Origin: Felis catus
Taxonomy: Eukaryota
DNA: 64,000 nt
Assembly (NCBI RefSeq): GCF_018350175.1
Contig: NC_058368.1
Span: forward strand, 231,324,001-231,388,000
Direction of reading: 5' to 3'
The translations under genes were made by a program, and so were the position numbers. The notes below the pieces were generated by a model. That model saw only the letters and a program-made list of their open reading frames with translations. It did not search any database and had not been told where the DNA came from. Position 1 is the first letter of the stretch; every line of letters starts with the position of its first letter. This document shows, one piece after another, positions 23,408 through 35,905 of this stretch.

Positions 23408-26400
23408 ATGATTTTTATATTTTTATATTGCCTCGATACACTGTGCCATTAATTGCATTTTAAAAACAAGGCTCGTAAAACTTAATGTAGGTTTTTGTCT
23501 CTTAATGTTTTACATCAAAGAAAAAATAGCAGAGAAGCAATGCATTTTTCAGGCTCTCAGATATTAGCCTTATGTTTTCCTTTAGCTTTTTCCCCGTAAA
23601 ACTGTGTTTCCTGACGATGTCTGGTGTTTTGCGTTGCTCCCCTTCTGATTTCCCACCTTGAGAGCTGGCTTCTGTGGGTGTTTTGACAGATGCCTGGCTC
23701 ACACGGGCTCTTGTGGAGCGTGGAGATTTCTTGACTCCCCTGTGTTACTGCTCAGGCTATTAACAGTTCCTTAAATGGGGCACCGAGACTCCGCTCTCAA
23801 GTCAGCACTGGCATTTTCAAGTTTGTCGGCCACAGCTGGCAATGCTCGTAGCACTTCCTAAAGCTCTCAGAACCTGGTTCCACATTTAGCTGCTTCTCGG
23901 GAAAATGCTGGCATGGTTAGGAAAAAAGAAAATTCTAACTAGTTCTGGGCTCAGGGCAGTGAAAAGAAACGTGTACCGCTTGTCGGTTTTGGTTTGTTCT
24001 TGGTAAGCCACTTTGGGGCCCAGAGGGGCCCGAGTTCAACAGCCATGAAGGGCGAGCTAGAGAGGGTGCAAGGTAGAGGCATAGCCCCGCCGCGAAGTGA
24101 GTGACTGCCTGCCGATTGGCTCCATTGCAGGACCAGGTCATCGTCACACTCCTCCAGGACCTCCTCTCCAAGACCAGCATGGCAGTCACTTGCTTCTAAG
24201 AAATATGCCATTGTCCCTGGACGCTCACGTAGCTTGGCTGTGGGACAAGAGGGCTGCCGCCGGGCTTGCTGTGGCACTGGAGGGACCCCGGGACGGACAC
24301 TGGCCCCTTGCGCATCTAACTTATGCCCCCTGCTTCCCAGCCCCATTCGTGTGGCCAGGGCCTCACCTTTTGGAAAAGCAAAGATCGGATGAGGGCTGGG
24401 CTCAGGGGTTTGACTCTACTGTTCTGACTCGGCTGGGTCTACAGGTGTATGCTGAGGCCACCGAGAGCCTGGCTGCTCTCGCCTGGGGAGAGCTTGGCCA
24501 GGAGCTCTCTCTTGCAGGGCCTCGGGCATGAGGGTCTCCCGGGGAGGCCTGCAGGTCTTAGCCTCCCTGGGGATTCCAAAAGCTGAGCTGCTGGGTGGCT
24601 GAGCTGTGAACAAAAGACCTTGTGACACGGATGTGAGTGGGAAGCAAGGCTCAGCCTCTCCTCTTAGCTCTCTGTTTCTAATCTCTAATTGCTCTGTAGA
24701 ATACGTCTTCAAATCATGACAGTGACTGAATTCCCTAGGTTTTAAGATTTCACTGATGGCAAAACACACGATCAGTTCCATAACAGTATTTGTGCATGTG
24801 TGTCCGGAGAACGAAATACCCTTGAAGATGTACAATTTGACTGCAAGACACATTCCAAATTTTAGCAGTGATAAAACGTGATGAAATGGCAAAATGCTTC
24901 AGCTCAAGGAAATGTGGTAGAAAAGATTTCCGGCTCTGGACTAGAGCAAGACCCACTCCCTGGGCAGCTGCGGAGGCATTTTCGTCTTGCAGGTTAGTTA
25001 TCCCTTTTCCGGCAGCGGGTTTGGGTCTGCAATTACAGGATCCGGCGTCAGCCGGCGGGTCTGGCACCGCGGCTCCCACAGGGCAATTTGCGGCTGTAAT
25101 TTCTTGCTGTTGTCTGTTCTGCCGCCCATCTAGCTAGCGCCGAGCCCACTGCGAGCCAGCGGACCCCTAGGGAGCAAATTTGCAGGAAGATAAATTCTTC
25201 TGTCCCTGCCTACATTTGAATGCTATTGTGGAAACCGAATAGAATACAGATCACCCCTCCCCTCCCCCAAATTGAATTCTGTGTACCTGCTCCGCTAAGT
25301 AGAAAATTGCATATCAACTGGCGGTTCCTAGACAGGGCTCTGTCTAGACACAAAACTTGCTTACCGTTTTTCACGTTCTTGGTCATTCAGGCGTATGAAA
25401 CCCGTTGGCCCCAGTCATTTCTGGACTCGGGCGTTTTAGTCCGGAGGAAGTTCCCACCGCCTCGTACCGATCCTAGGTCGGTGCCACCCCCAGATTCTCA
25501 ACGGCGCTGTGGGTAGTTCCCCGTTGTTGCCGTCTGCATCCTCAGCTGGAACTTCTGGGGCAGAGGGACGGGTGTCTCCTCTCTGCAGTCGTGGTGAGCT
25601 CAGGTGCTGGCACACGGGTTGTTTAGCACATGTGTTGGGGGGGGGGGCGGGAGCTGTCCAGCATGAAAACCTCTAAAGATCCTTATGTGGCCTTAACCCG
25701 GGAGGGGAGTCCATTGCCCCTCTTAGGACATGTAGGGCGTGTGGCTGAGATGTTAACAAGTGTGTAAGTGCCGCTCAAGCCCTATTTTCTTTTCGATGTA
25801 ATTGCTCAGAAGGCCCTTTGCCTCTTTTTCCTCGAAACCCCCAGTAGAGGCCGTGGCCGGCGGAGCCCGGAGAGGCTGTGCCCCGTAGCTGTGGCAGTTC
25901 TGTTCAGCCTTCAGGCGGCTGCACGATTCAGCCAAGCAGGAAGAGAGAGGCTGATCACAGAGTGAAAATGCAGGGACGTGAGCGTCCAATCCAGGAGCAG
26001 GGCCAGTTGCTGGCGGAGTGGGTGGCTTCAGGCACCGGATTATTTGGGGATTGTCAGGAAGACCAAAAACGGTTCCCCCACTGGTTTAACGGCACATTCA
26101 TTTTCACCATTAGTGCTTCATTCCTTTGAGGCTGAAGCCTTTTATTTTCAAGAGTCTTAAGTAAATAAAATGCTGTGATGGGGACATGTGGGGGGGAGGG
26201 CATAAACTGAGTGCCAGAGAAATTAAAACACAAAATCTAAATTCTGTCGCGAGATAGCTTTGCCGAGAGGAGCCTTTGCGTGCATTCTGAGACATCTGAA
26301 AATCTCGCGGGGGCCAGGGTCTGGGGGTGGGGCCTGAGCTGTGTGATTGGCAGAGGGCAGAACCCCACATATGAGGCCCTACCCTTTATTTTCTCTGTGA

Positions 26401-26679
26401 GTCTCCTGGTTTGGTTGGCAGCTCTCACTGCTGCTCTGGGGTGGTTTCCCCTGGGGGTGTCACCTTGTGGAAATTGGAGGGGACACAGTGACGGGGGTAG
26501 GGGGACGGCCCTACTAGTGTGGAGTGACTGTGGTCTAGGAGCACTTAGCGTCCCGCAGTGGCTGGGGCGGTACTGCCCATCGAAGGGCTGCAGCCACCGT
26601 GTCCATCATTTTGCTTTGGAACTTCACTGGGGGTTATCACCTCTGTCACCTGCCCCTGTGGCTTTTGTGTCCTTGAGGA

Positions 26680-26749
26680 TTTTTTTTTTTTTACAGTTTA
26701 TTTTATTTTGAGAGAGAGAGAGAGAGTGCATGTGCATAAGTGGGGGAGG

Positions 26750-26799
<50 letters not shown>

Positions 26800-26925
26800 C
26801 CCAAGCAGGCTCTGCACTGTCAGCACAAAGCCCAACGTGGGGCTCGAACTCACAAACCGTGATATCATGACCTGAGCCTAAATCGAGAGTCAGATGCTTA
26901 AACGACTGAGCCACCCAGGCGCCCC
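26680..26925 (-). mobile_element. SINEC SINE with long (GA)n
   Basis: Full length. Degenerate TSD tgtgtc...tgagg. Confidence 0.95.
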
Positions 26926-27084
26926 TGTGTCTTCTGAGGGTTCTAAGGATAGCGGCAAGCGCTGACTCCTGAATTACATCCCCTTATGTTCTCTGAGCAT
27001 TTCTGTGTTGAGATATGTGTACATCGATCACAAATTTATTTTCTCCATTTTATTACCATTGGGACATGGTGTTGATCATTTTAA

Positions 27085-27830
27085 AAATTGTTTGTGTTAG
27101 GTTATACACACACACACACACACACACACATCTCAACCATCTTAATCATTTTAGAGTGTACAGTTATGCGTACTAAATATATTCATATTGTTGAGAAATA
27201 GATCTCGGGAACTTTTCCATCTTGCAAATCTGAAATTATACCCGGTTAACCACATCGCCCCATTCTTCCCTTCCCCCAGCCCTTGACAACCACTGTGCCA
27301 CTCTCTGTCTCTACGAATTGACTACTTTGGATACCTCATATAATTGGAATCACACAGAATTTGTCGTTTTGCGAGTGGCTTATTTCACTTAGCGTAATGT
27401 CCTCAAGGGTCATCCGTGTTGTAGCGTGGGACAGGATTGCCTTCCTTTTTCAGGTGGGATAATACTCCGTTGTATGTGTAGGCCACGTGCTGCTTGTCCA
27501 TTCATCCATCAGTGGACATTTGGGTTGCTTCACCTCTTGGCTATTTTGAATGATGCTGCTATGAACATGGGTGTACAAATATCTCAGAGACCCTGCTTTC
27601 AGTTTCTTTGCCTATGTTCCCAGAAGGAAGACTGCTGGGTCATATGGTAGTTCCACAGTTAATTTTTTAAGGAACCTCCATACCGTTTTCCTCAGTGGCT
27701 GTGTGATTGCACACTCTCACCAACAGTGCACGAGGGTTCCAATTTGTCTGCATCCTCGCCAACGTCTGTTATTTTCTGTTTTTAAAAAAAATTTTTTTTT
27801 GATAGTAGTTACTTAGTGAGTGTTGTTTTA
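27085..27830 (-). mobile_element. L1 3' end fragment (L1MB-like) with (CA)n at about 27106-27130
   Basis: ggcttatttcacttagcgtaatgtcctcaagg, ggacatttgggttgcttc and gctgctatgaacatgggtgtacaaatatct. Confidence 0.85.
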
Positions 27831-27964
27831 GGTTATGTTTTGCATGAATTCTATCTCCAGATAGTTAAGGGGTAGACATAAAATATCTTACCCTAACGGG
27901 TTGGCAACAATACCCCTAGTGTCTTTCTTCATCACTTCACAACAGTCCTGTCCACCTGCTATCT

Positions 27965-28880
27965 TTTTCTTACATTTTATTTTAATACACACGCCGTCGC
28001 ATTAGTGTTGAGCGTACAACATAGTGATTTGACAAGTGTGCACGTCATGCTGTGTTCAAAAGGGTGGCTGTCCTCTGTCACCATATAACACTATTACGGT
28101 GCTGTTGACTGTATACCCTACGCTGTGCCTTTTATCCCCCTGACTTATTCCTTCCGTAACTGGAAACCTGTATCTCTCATTCCCCTTCACCCATTTTGCC
28201 CGTCCCTGACTCTCCTCCCCTCCGGCAACCGGCAGTCTGTTCTCTGCATTTATAGGTCTGTTTCTGCTTTTTTGTTTGTTTGTGTTGTTTTTTAGGTTCC
28301 ACATGCACGTGAAATCATATGTTCTCTGTGTTTCTCCGACTGACTTATTTCACTTAGCATAATACCCTCTAGGTCCGTCCACGTTGTTGCAAATGGCAAG
28401 ATCTCACTCTCTTACGGCCGACGAATAGTCCACGGTATATATGGACCACATCTTCTTTGTCCGTTCGTCTATCGATGTACGTGTGGGTTGCTTTCGTATC
28501 TTTGGCTCTTGTAAATAATGCTGCAGTAAACATAGGGATACATAAATCTTTTTTGAATTAGTGTTTTCATTTTCTTTGGGTAAATATCCAGTAGTGGAGT
28601 TACTGGATCCTATGGAATCTCTATTTTGAAGTTTTTGAGGAACCTCCATGCTGCTTTCCACAGAGGCTGCCCCAAAGTCACATTCCCACCGACAGTGCAC
28701 AAGGTTCCTTTTTCTCCCCATCGTCACTGACACTCTTTTTTATTTCTTGTCTTTTTGTTAACAGCTATTCTGACTGTGGGGAGGTGACATCTCATTGTGG
28801 TTTTGATTTGCATTTCCCTGTTGATTAATGGTGTGGAGCATCTTTTCGTGTGTCCGTTGTTCACCCGTATTCTTCCTTGT
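27965..28880 (-). mobile_element. L1 3' end fragment (L1MA/L1_Carn-like)
   Basis: tgacttatttcacttagcataataccctctagg, ttgcaaatggcaagat and ctcattgtggttttgatttgcatttccctg. Confidence 0.88.
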
Positions 28881-30472
28881 CAACGTAGTATCTTTAAAAT
28901 TTTGTTAGAAAACAACCTCTCCCTTCTTTCTCTCTAGCAATGCACTGCTTCTCCCATACCTGGCCCTTGGAGCCAGCTTTACCCAGGACAGCCTCCGCGA
29001 TTTTCTTTTGTTGCACGTGGCATTGTGTTTCTCAGTATACTTTTTTTCCCCTTTGCGGTAATTAGTGATCGCTTTCTATTCAATAGGAGAAGAGAACAGC
29101 TATTTGGGCATTGAGCACGTGACTATTATATACAATGAGTGTTAAGGAGTAATATTTCCATGGCGGAGGAAGAGTGGATTTCCTGGTGGACACAGGTCTC
29201 GGTGATACAGCAGAGTAAATCTGGGCCCCTTGAAACATGATTGGGGGTCTGGGGCTCTTACCTGTTGTGGACTTGTTGGCCACATAAGTCATGACAATGC
29301 AACACCAGCACAGAGCTTTCCGAAAACGTCTGAAGTAATGTCATCACGTGGTGAGTTAAAAAGGTAGAACATTGTGGGGGTGAGAATGGGAGCGACAAGA
29401 CTTTCTGGTCTGTGGACAGACATAGAAGCAAGCCTGCTTGACCTGTTGGCCCCAGGACTTCGGTCTGGGGGTGCACTCAGGGAAGCCTTCTTTTTGCACT
29501 AGCCCTGGCTCATTCTCAAGTTTTCCCTCTGCCCTTTGTACGTCCCCCCTGTGCTCAAACATGGCAAGCCATTACAGGAAAGTGACCTGGGATGCATTTA
29601 GTAGCTGATGTTTCCTTAATAACCTTCGGTATAGGTCCCCCTAAAGAAATTATTCTTCGATGTGCCAGGGACCCAAAATATATATAAAAGAAAATCATTA
29701 CAGTATTTCACTTGAGATTGTGCAGATAATGACAAGTTCCTTTTTTTTTTTTTTTTTTTGGTACTATTTATGGCTATTCAATTAAACTGCCACCAAACAA
29801 CAGTGAACCCACCACCATTTCTGAGTGTGCTATCTTGGTGTTTGTAGCTCACCATATGTTTGAAGTATGACATAATCCTTCTGGAGCACATTCACTTTGT
29901 TGCTTCCCAACTCCAATGGAAGCAGTTAAGTCTGTCTCCTTTTAGACAAATTGTTAATGAAAAGGTAGCTGAACAATCATTTTCTTGTAATATGCAATTC
30001 CGTCTCCTTAAATACAGGAGCCTGACAGACCCATTCAGCAGTTAGTACTTTCTCTATACAACTGAACTCTGTCTGACCCTCCAAAACTAACCACTGGAGC
30101 AAAAAGAGAGAAAGAAGGGGAAAGGCAGCTAAAAATAAATACTCACCTGTAATACGTATAATCCTAAAAATTGAGTGGAAGGTATATTTTACTTTATTGT
30201 TTTCAGATAACGTATGAATAATTGCCTACTGCTGCCAAGCCCATTTTTATTGATTTTAAAGTATTTCACGATGTTGGCGCAATGTTTGGAAAATGGTGGG
30301 GCTGTCCGAACGACTCGGAATTTAGAGTCCTGAGCTCTCCTCTCTTTCAGCAATGAGTCAGTGCCGCTGTGGCACAGATGCGCTGTGGCTCCCTCCTTCC
30401 CAGGGAGCAGCGGAGGCTTACTTTATAATTGATTTGACTTTTTATCAATTTCCCCAAGAATTTCGTAAAAAA

Positions 30473-30697
30473 ATTTTTTTTTAATGTTTATTTTTGAGAG
30501 AGAGAGAGAGAGGGACAGAGACAGAGAGACAGCGAGTGGGGGAGGAACAGAGAGAGAGGGAGACACAGAATCTGAAGCAGGCTCCAGGCCCCGAGCTGTC
30601 AGCATAGAGCCGGACGCGGGGCTCCAACTCACGAACCGCGAGATGGTGACCTGAGCCGAAGTCGGACACTTAACCGACTGAGCCGCCCAGGCGCCCC
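30473..30697 (-). mobile_element. SINEC_Fc-type SINE
   Basis: Full-length body and head. Confidence 0.95.
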
Positions 30698-30705
30698 CCA
30701 AAAAC

Positions 30706-30836
30706 ATTTTTTTTTAAAGTAGGCTCCAAACCCAGCACAGAACCCAACACAGGGCTTGAATTCATGACCCCGAGGTCAAGACCTGAGCTGGGACCAAGAT
30801 TCAGAGGCTTAACCTACTGAGCCATCCGGGTGCCCC
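30706..30836 (-). mobile_element. Short-form SINEC
   Basis: gtaggctccaaacccagcacagaacccaacacagggcttgaa...gagccatccgggtgcccc. Confidence 0.85.
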
Positions 30837-30907
30837 TTAAATTTCTTAAATAGAATTGAAGCAAAGACAGCTTACATCTCAGTTTTAAATACAAATAAAA
30901 TATTGTC

Positions 30908-31118
30908 TTTTTAAAAAAAGTTTACTTATTTCGAGAGAGAAAGGATGCACGCTTGCGAGCGGCAGAGGGGCAGAGAGAGAAGGAGAGAGAGAATCTCAAG
31001 GGGACTCTGCACTGTGAGTGCAAAGCCCGATGTGGGGCTTGAACTCACAAACGCTGAGTCATGACCTGAGCTGAAATCAAGAGTCAGACGCTTAGCCGAT
31101 TGAGCGACCAGATGTCCC
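30908..31118 (-). mobile_element. SINEC SINE
   Basis: Diverged full-length copy. Confidence 0.9.
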
Positions 31119-31199
31119 TATGAATACGATATTCTGATAGTGTCGTTAGGACGTAGTGTCGAATCGTAATGGCTGGTATTTATTGAAAGTTTATTCTGT

Positions 31200-31340
31200 G
31201 CCACCTTCTACCCAGATATCTGTGTACCTCACCATTGGAGGGTGGATGGGCTATGAAGATCACCCCCGTTGGATAGATGTAGAAATGTGGGTCAGAGAGG
31301 TTAATTGACTTGCCTAAAATCACCCAGCAATTTTGTGATA
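31200..31340 (-). mobile_element. MIR SINE
   Basis: gatagatgtagaaatgtgggtcagagaggttaattgacttgcctaaaatcacccagc. Confidence 0.6.
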
Positions 31341-31504
31341 GAGCCACCTTCTGCACTCAGGAAGACAAACCCTGGGATAGAGGTGCTTAACACCTGTAGG
31401 AGCTGCATCTCTGCCAAAGATCGCTTTTTATAATAAAGCCTCATCAGTTCACACTCATTTGAGGATTTGAAGGAGAAGCAGTCTGAATGACACAATGTTT
31501 GATC

Positions 31505-31584
31505 TCTGCATCCGGCGTGGGGCTCAAACTTACAACCCTGAGATCAGGAGTACTATGCTCTACTGACTGAGCCAGCTGGGCGCC
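31505..31584 (-). mobile_element. SINEC head fragment
   Basis: gtggggctcaaacttacaaccctgagatcaggag...gactgagccagctgggcgcc. Confidence 0.75.
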
Positions 31585-32819
31585 TTGAAAGACAGAATGT
31601 TTGAAAAGAAATGCAGTCTTACCGCTCCAGAGAGATGGTGGCTGGAGTAAATTAAATGAGTGTTTTAAAATTAGGGAAGCGGTCTTGAAGATCTCATTTT
31701 ACAATAAAGAAACACATTTGGTCTTTAAAATAATAAAACACTTCTTTTTAAGGTCTCGCATTCATGATTCTAATCCACATTTTTTCATAGTACAAATGTA
31801 AACGTATGGGCTAAACAAACATTTACAGTGCGGACCATGTAAGTGCCTTGGGAAGGTAGATGTTTTGAGAGTGTAGACTCCAAGCTCTGGGCTGGGTTCA
31901 CAGGCTTAACTCCATTGCTTGATAGCTATTTGGCCTTGGGCAAATTTCTTTATTCCTCAAGCCTCTGTTTCCCCATCTGTCAGTGAATCTGATGATGGAA
32001 CCCACTCCCTAGAGCTACATACACTGGCTACATACACTGGATATGGATCACCTGGACAGATAGGTACTCAGGACTTTGCTCAGTGCCTGGAGCAGAGGAG
32101 GGGCTCACCTGGTGTGAACTTCCATCACTGGCACACAGGAACGAGGACCCAGGGCTACGGAGCAGGTGGGAGACAAAGACCGTACCCTCTCTAGTGAATC
32201 ACGTGTGCGACCGTGTGGGAGGTCGGGAGTCTGGAAGGGTGGGATGTAGCCAATCGCAGGCAGCCTCATGAAAGCTCTGGGCTCCATTCTGTTGGCCCCA
32301 GGGAGCACTAAAGATTTGTGAAGCTGGGGAGATCGGGTAGGATTTAGGGAACATGATTTGATAGAGAAGAGACCTTGGTGGGAGGGGAACAGGGAAAGGA
32401 AATGTTTGACAGGTGCTCACTGGGCCCCAGGTGGGAGGGCAGGATGGGGGTGCCCTGGAGGCCGGGGGTTCCCACCATCCCAGGAGACCACGTAGCTCCT
32501 GGGGGCCGCCTCCCTGTCACCAGGCAGTAACCTCCTCCCGAGGGTCTCCTTTACTCATAGAAGATGCAGTGGCCGTGCTGACCATTTGCATTTCACGTTG
32601 TGAATTGGTGAGTCTGGGTCTAGTTCATATATCGTTGCCTCGTTAGCAAGAGTCAGCCTCTCAGCCCCACACCCTCTGGCACTCTGCACAGACGAGGCTC
32701 TGGGCTGCCCAGCTAGGGATCAGGCCAGACCACGGAGAATTCTCCAAGGTGGGTGCTCCCTGAAGGCTTTCCTGGTGGCCAAGCTGGCCTTCCCTTGGTG
32801 ATCCCTCCTTGTGTCCAGC

Positions 32820-33530
32820 ACGCCTTGTCTCAGGTACTGTGCCAGTTGCTGAAGGCGTCCCCGTGTCTCTGACTTTGATCTGGAATTCCAGACTCAGGTT
32901 TCCACTTGCCCTTTAGGTGACCATTGTCAGTCGAGGTCCTTCCACTCACACCCTATTCAATAAAGCAAACCTCCTCCCCCTTCCTAATAAAGACCCTTCC
33001 CAATAAAGACCCTTCCTCCCCCTGAGTTAGGCCCTGGCACCTCCTCTCTTCACTTGTGACATGGCTTGTATCCCCTTTGGGGAAGGCCTGGGGCCCCGAT
33101 GTGTTCTCCTGGCTTTAGTCTTCCATCGGTAACACTTGACTTTCATTGGCTCTACCTCCCGGATTTCCTTAAGGTCTCTAACCTGGTCTCCCTCTTTGGG
33201 AATCTCAGCGTTGGCTTCCTCTGGCAACACCACTACTCCAGTGTGGTGTTCTGCCCACCCCTCTCCTGGGACTCGTGCACATCCCACACCCGCAGCCTGG
33301 TTTGCCTCAGTTTGACCTTTGGACCTCGCCAATGGATGTTCAAAGTTATGTGTAAAGTAAGCATTATTCTGACCCCCTTGCTCCCCAATTCTGTTTTTCC
33401 TTTGACATTCTTGGATTTTAAAAAATGGCATGATTCCCTTTTCTCTGTGCTCAAGGTAGAAACCTTGTGGACACTTGTTTCTGTCTTTGCTCACATTTGG
33501 GCACCAAGACCTTGGTGAGTCCTCTTCTTT
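32820..33530 (+). mobile_element. Decayed L2-like fragments
   Basis: Pyrimidine-rich diverged L2-like motifs such as gaattccagactcagg...ccacttgcc and aaaatggcatgattccc...gctcaaggtagaaaccttg. Confidence 0.4.
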
Positions 33531-33727
33531 TTCTATTATTTTTTAAACGTTTATTTACTTTTGAGAGAGAGAGAGAGAGAGTGAGAGAGCGTGAGTATAG
33601 AATCTGAAACAGGCTCCAGGCTCTGAGCTGTCAGCCCAGAGCCCGACGCGGGGCTCGAACCCACAGACCACGAGATCATGACCTGAGCCGAAGTTGATGC
33701 TCAACCGACTGAGCCACCCAGGTGCCC
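33530..33727 (-). mobile_element. SINEC_Fc-type SINE
   Basis: Tail, (GA)n, body and head gccacccaggtgccc. Confidence 0.93.
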
Positions 33728-35204
33728 AGGTGACTTCTCTTCTCAAATGTCACTCACAGCCAGCCACTGGGTTCTGTCAGTGACTTCCTTCAGAACTTGG
33801 GGTTTATACCTAAGTACAGTGATGGCCTTTTAGCTAGCTGATCTCCTTGCCTCTGTTCTGTTCTTTTTGTTTTGTTTTGTTTGTTTTACCTCTTTTCTTT
33901 GTTCCTGTGCAAAAAAAAAAAAAAAAACAAAAAAAACAATAGCAACAACCAACCAACCAATGAAACCAATACAGCATCAATACAAAACCTCTCGGCTTCA
34001 CATTAAAGAATGTTAATCGTCATCTGGCTTTTGCGTTTCAGCTCCTTGCCCTGTCTTACAGTTGAGCCATACCACCTGCCACCATGGCCTTATTTCCTGG
34101 AGAAGTCGTGTATTTGTGCATTTGTTTTGTTTCTTAAATGCACCTCTGTACTCTTACACCTATTGGAGATGCCCCCTCTCATGCCCCAGCCTGATGTTTG
34201 CTTGTTGACCTCATGTTCACAAACGTTTGGTTCAAATGGGCGGTGGCATTAGACTCTGGGCTGCTGGAGGGTAGGGTCTGTGCATTGCCGTGTTTGTACC
34301 CGTGCCCGGTGCTGTGCACGGCCCCAGCAGTCATTCGTACACGTGTGAGCAAGGAGGGGGGGAAGGAAGGAATGAATCGTGTCAAGGAAATGGAATGGGT
34401 GGCAGTATGCCACGGATGGGGCCGTGAAGACGCTTGAAGAACAGCCACAGTCAGTGTGCTGTAACAGCTCAGAACTTTGTGATCGACTTTTATGTGCCAT
34501 AGAACTTTGCCCTGTTGCCAGCGATTTTTGGAAAAGCCACAGCCCTAATGCTTAAACACATCGCAGTAATCCAACTCTCCATAAAGTGGTTATTAAATTG
34601 TGTTTTGAGGCTGGGAAGTGCACATCAGCGACATGCTTAAACTGTACAGCCGCCGCGTAACAGGAATCTAGGCCTATCTGTATGCAAATACAATGCTTCA
34701 AGTTCATTATTGTTATTAGGAAATGGAAATACAGCCAGAGCAGAAATAACAGTATATTTCCCTCTGCCTGTGTTGTGTTTTTGTCAATGGGGCTTCTGAA
34801 GGACTGTGCATTTACTAACCCATTAGAATGAGTGATTTTATATCCTAATGTAAAATTAAAGGAATTTAAGTATCTGCCTAGGAGATACACTTGTTTAAAC
34901 CTATATTAATGTCTCTGTTGGTTATGTTGGCTAGGTTGGTGCTATGTTATTAGCAAAGAAAATGTCCCAGCCGTGTGTATACTTTCTAAATCTTAATGTA
35001 TTTATTTTCTGACAAGTAACAGAGCTGATTTTCTTCTTTTCCATCCAAAATGTAAGACAATATTACTATTCTTAAATGCAAAGCATACTGTCAATCCTTT
35101 ATTATTAAAAAAATCTCATTCCTTTTATCTCATTCTGCTTTTTCCTTCTGATGGACACTCTTGGCTTCTCCTGGCTCTCATGTTTGAGGCAAGTAATTTC
35201 TTTT

Positions 35205-35592
35205 TAACAAAATGTATTAAGTTTTTAATTTTATTTCCAGTATAGTTAACAGACAGTGTTATATTCGTTTCGGGTGTACAACATATGTAACACCTGGTGC
35301 TCAATACAGACGGTCGCTCCTTGCTCCCAATCCCCTCTTTCACCCATCCCCCGAGCCACCTGCCTCCCCTCTGGCATCACCAGTTTGTTCTCTATAGTTA
35401 AGAGTCTGTTTCCTGGTTTGTCTCTTTCTCTTTCTTCCTTTGTTCATTTGTTTCTTAAATTCTACACGTGAAGTGAAATTGTATGGTGTTTGTCTTTCTC
35501 TGATTTATTTCACTTAGCATTATACTCAAAAACCCCATCCATGTCCCTGCAAATGGCAAGATTTCATTCTTTTTGGTGGCTGAGTAATATTC

Positions 35593-35643
<51 letters not shown>

Positions 35644-35905
35644 CACACATCTTCTTTGTCCATTCATCAGTGAGTGGACACTTGGGTTGCTTCCATCATT
35701 TGGCTATTTAAATAATGTTGCAGTAAACAGAAGGGTGTATGTATCCCTTTGAATTAGAGTTTTTGTATTCTTTGGGTAAATACACAGTAGTGGAATTACG
35801 AGATCATGTGGTAATTCTATTTTTATTTTTTTGAGGAACCCCTGCACTGTTTTCCACAGTGGCTGTACCAGTTTGCATCCCAGTCAACAGTGCATGAGAG
35901 ACCCC
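35205..35905 (-). mobile_element. Carnivore L1 3' end with (GT)n at about 35595-35640
   Basis: ccagtttgttctctatagttaagagtctgtt, gcaaatggcaagatttcattctttt and ttccacagtggctgtaccagtttgcatccc. Confidence 0.9.

Noticed and set aside
32959..33016. Three AATAAA hexamers, two from a 16-bp tandem duplication
   Set aside because: They lie in L2-like sequence with no upstream terminal exon or clear GU-rich downstream element.
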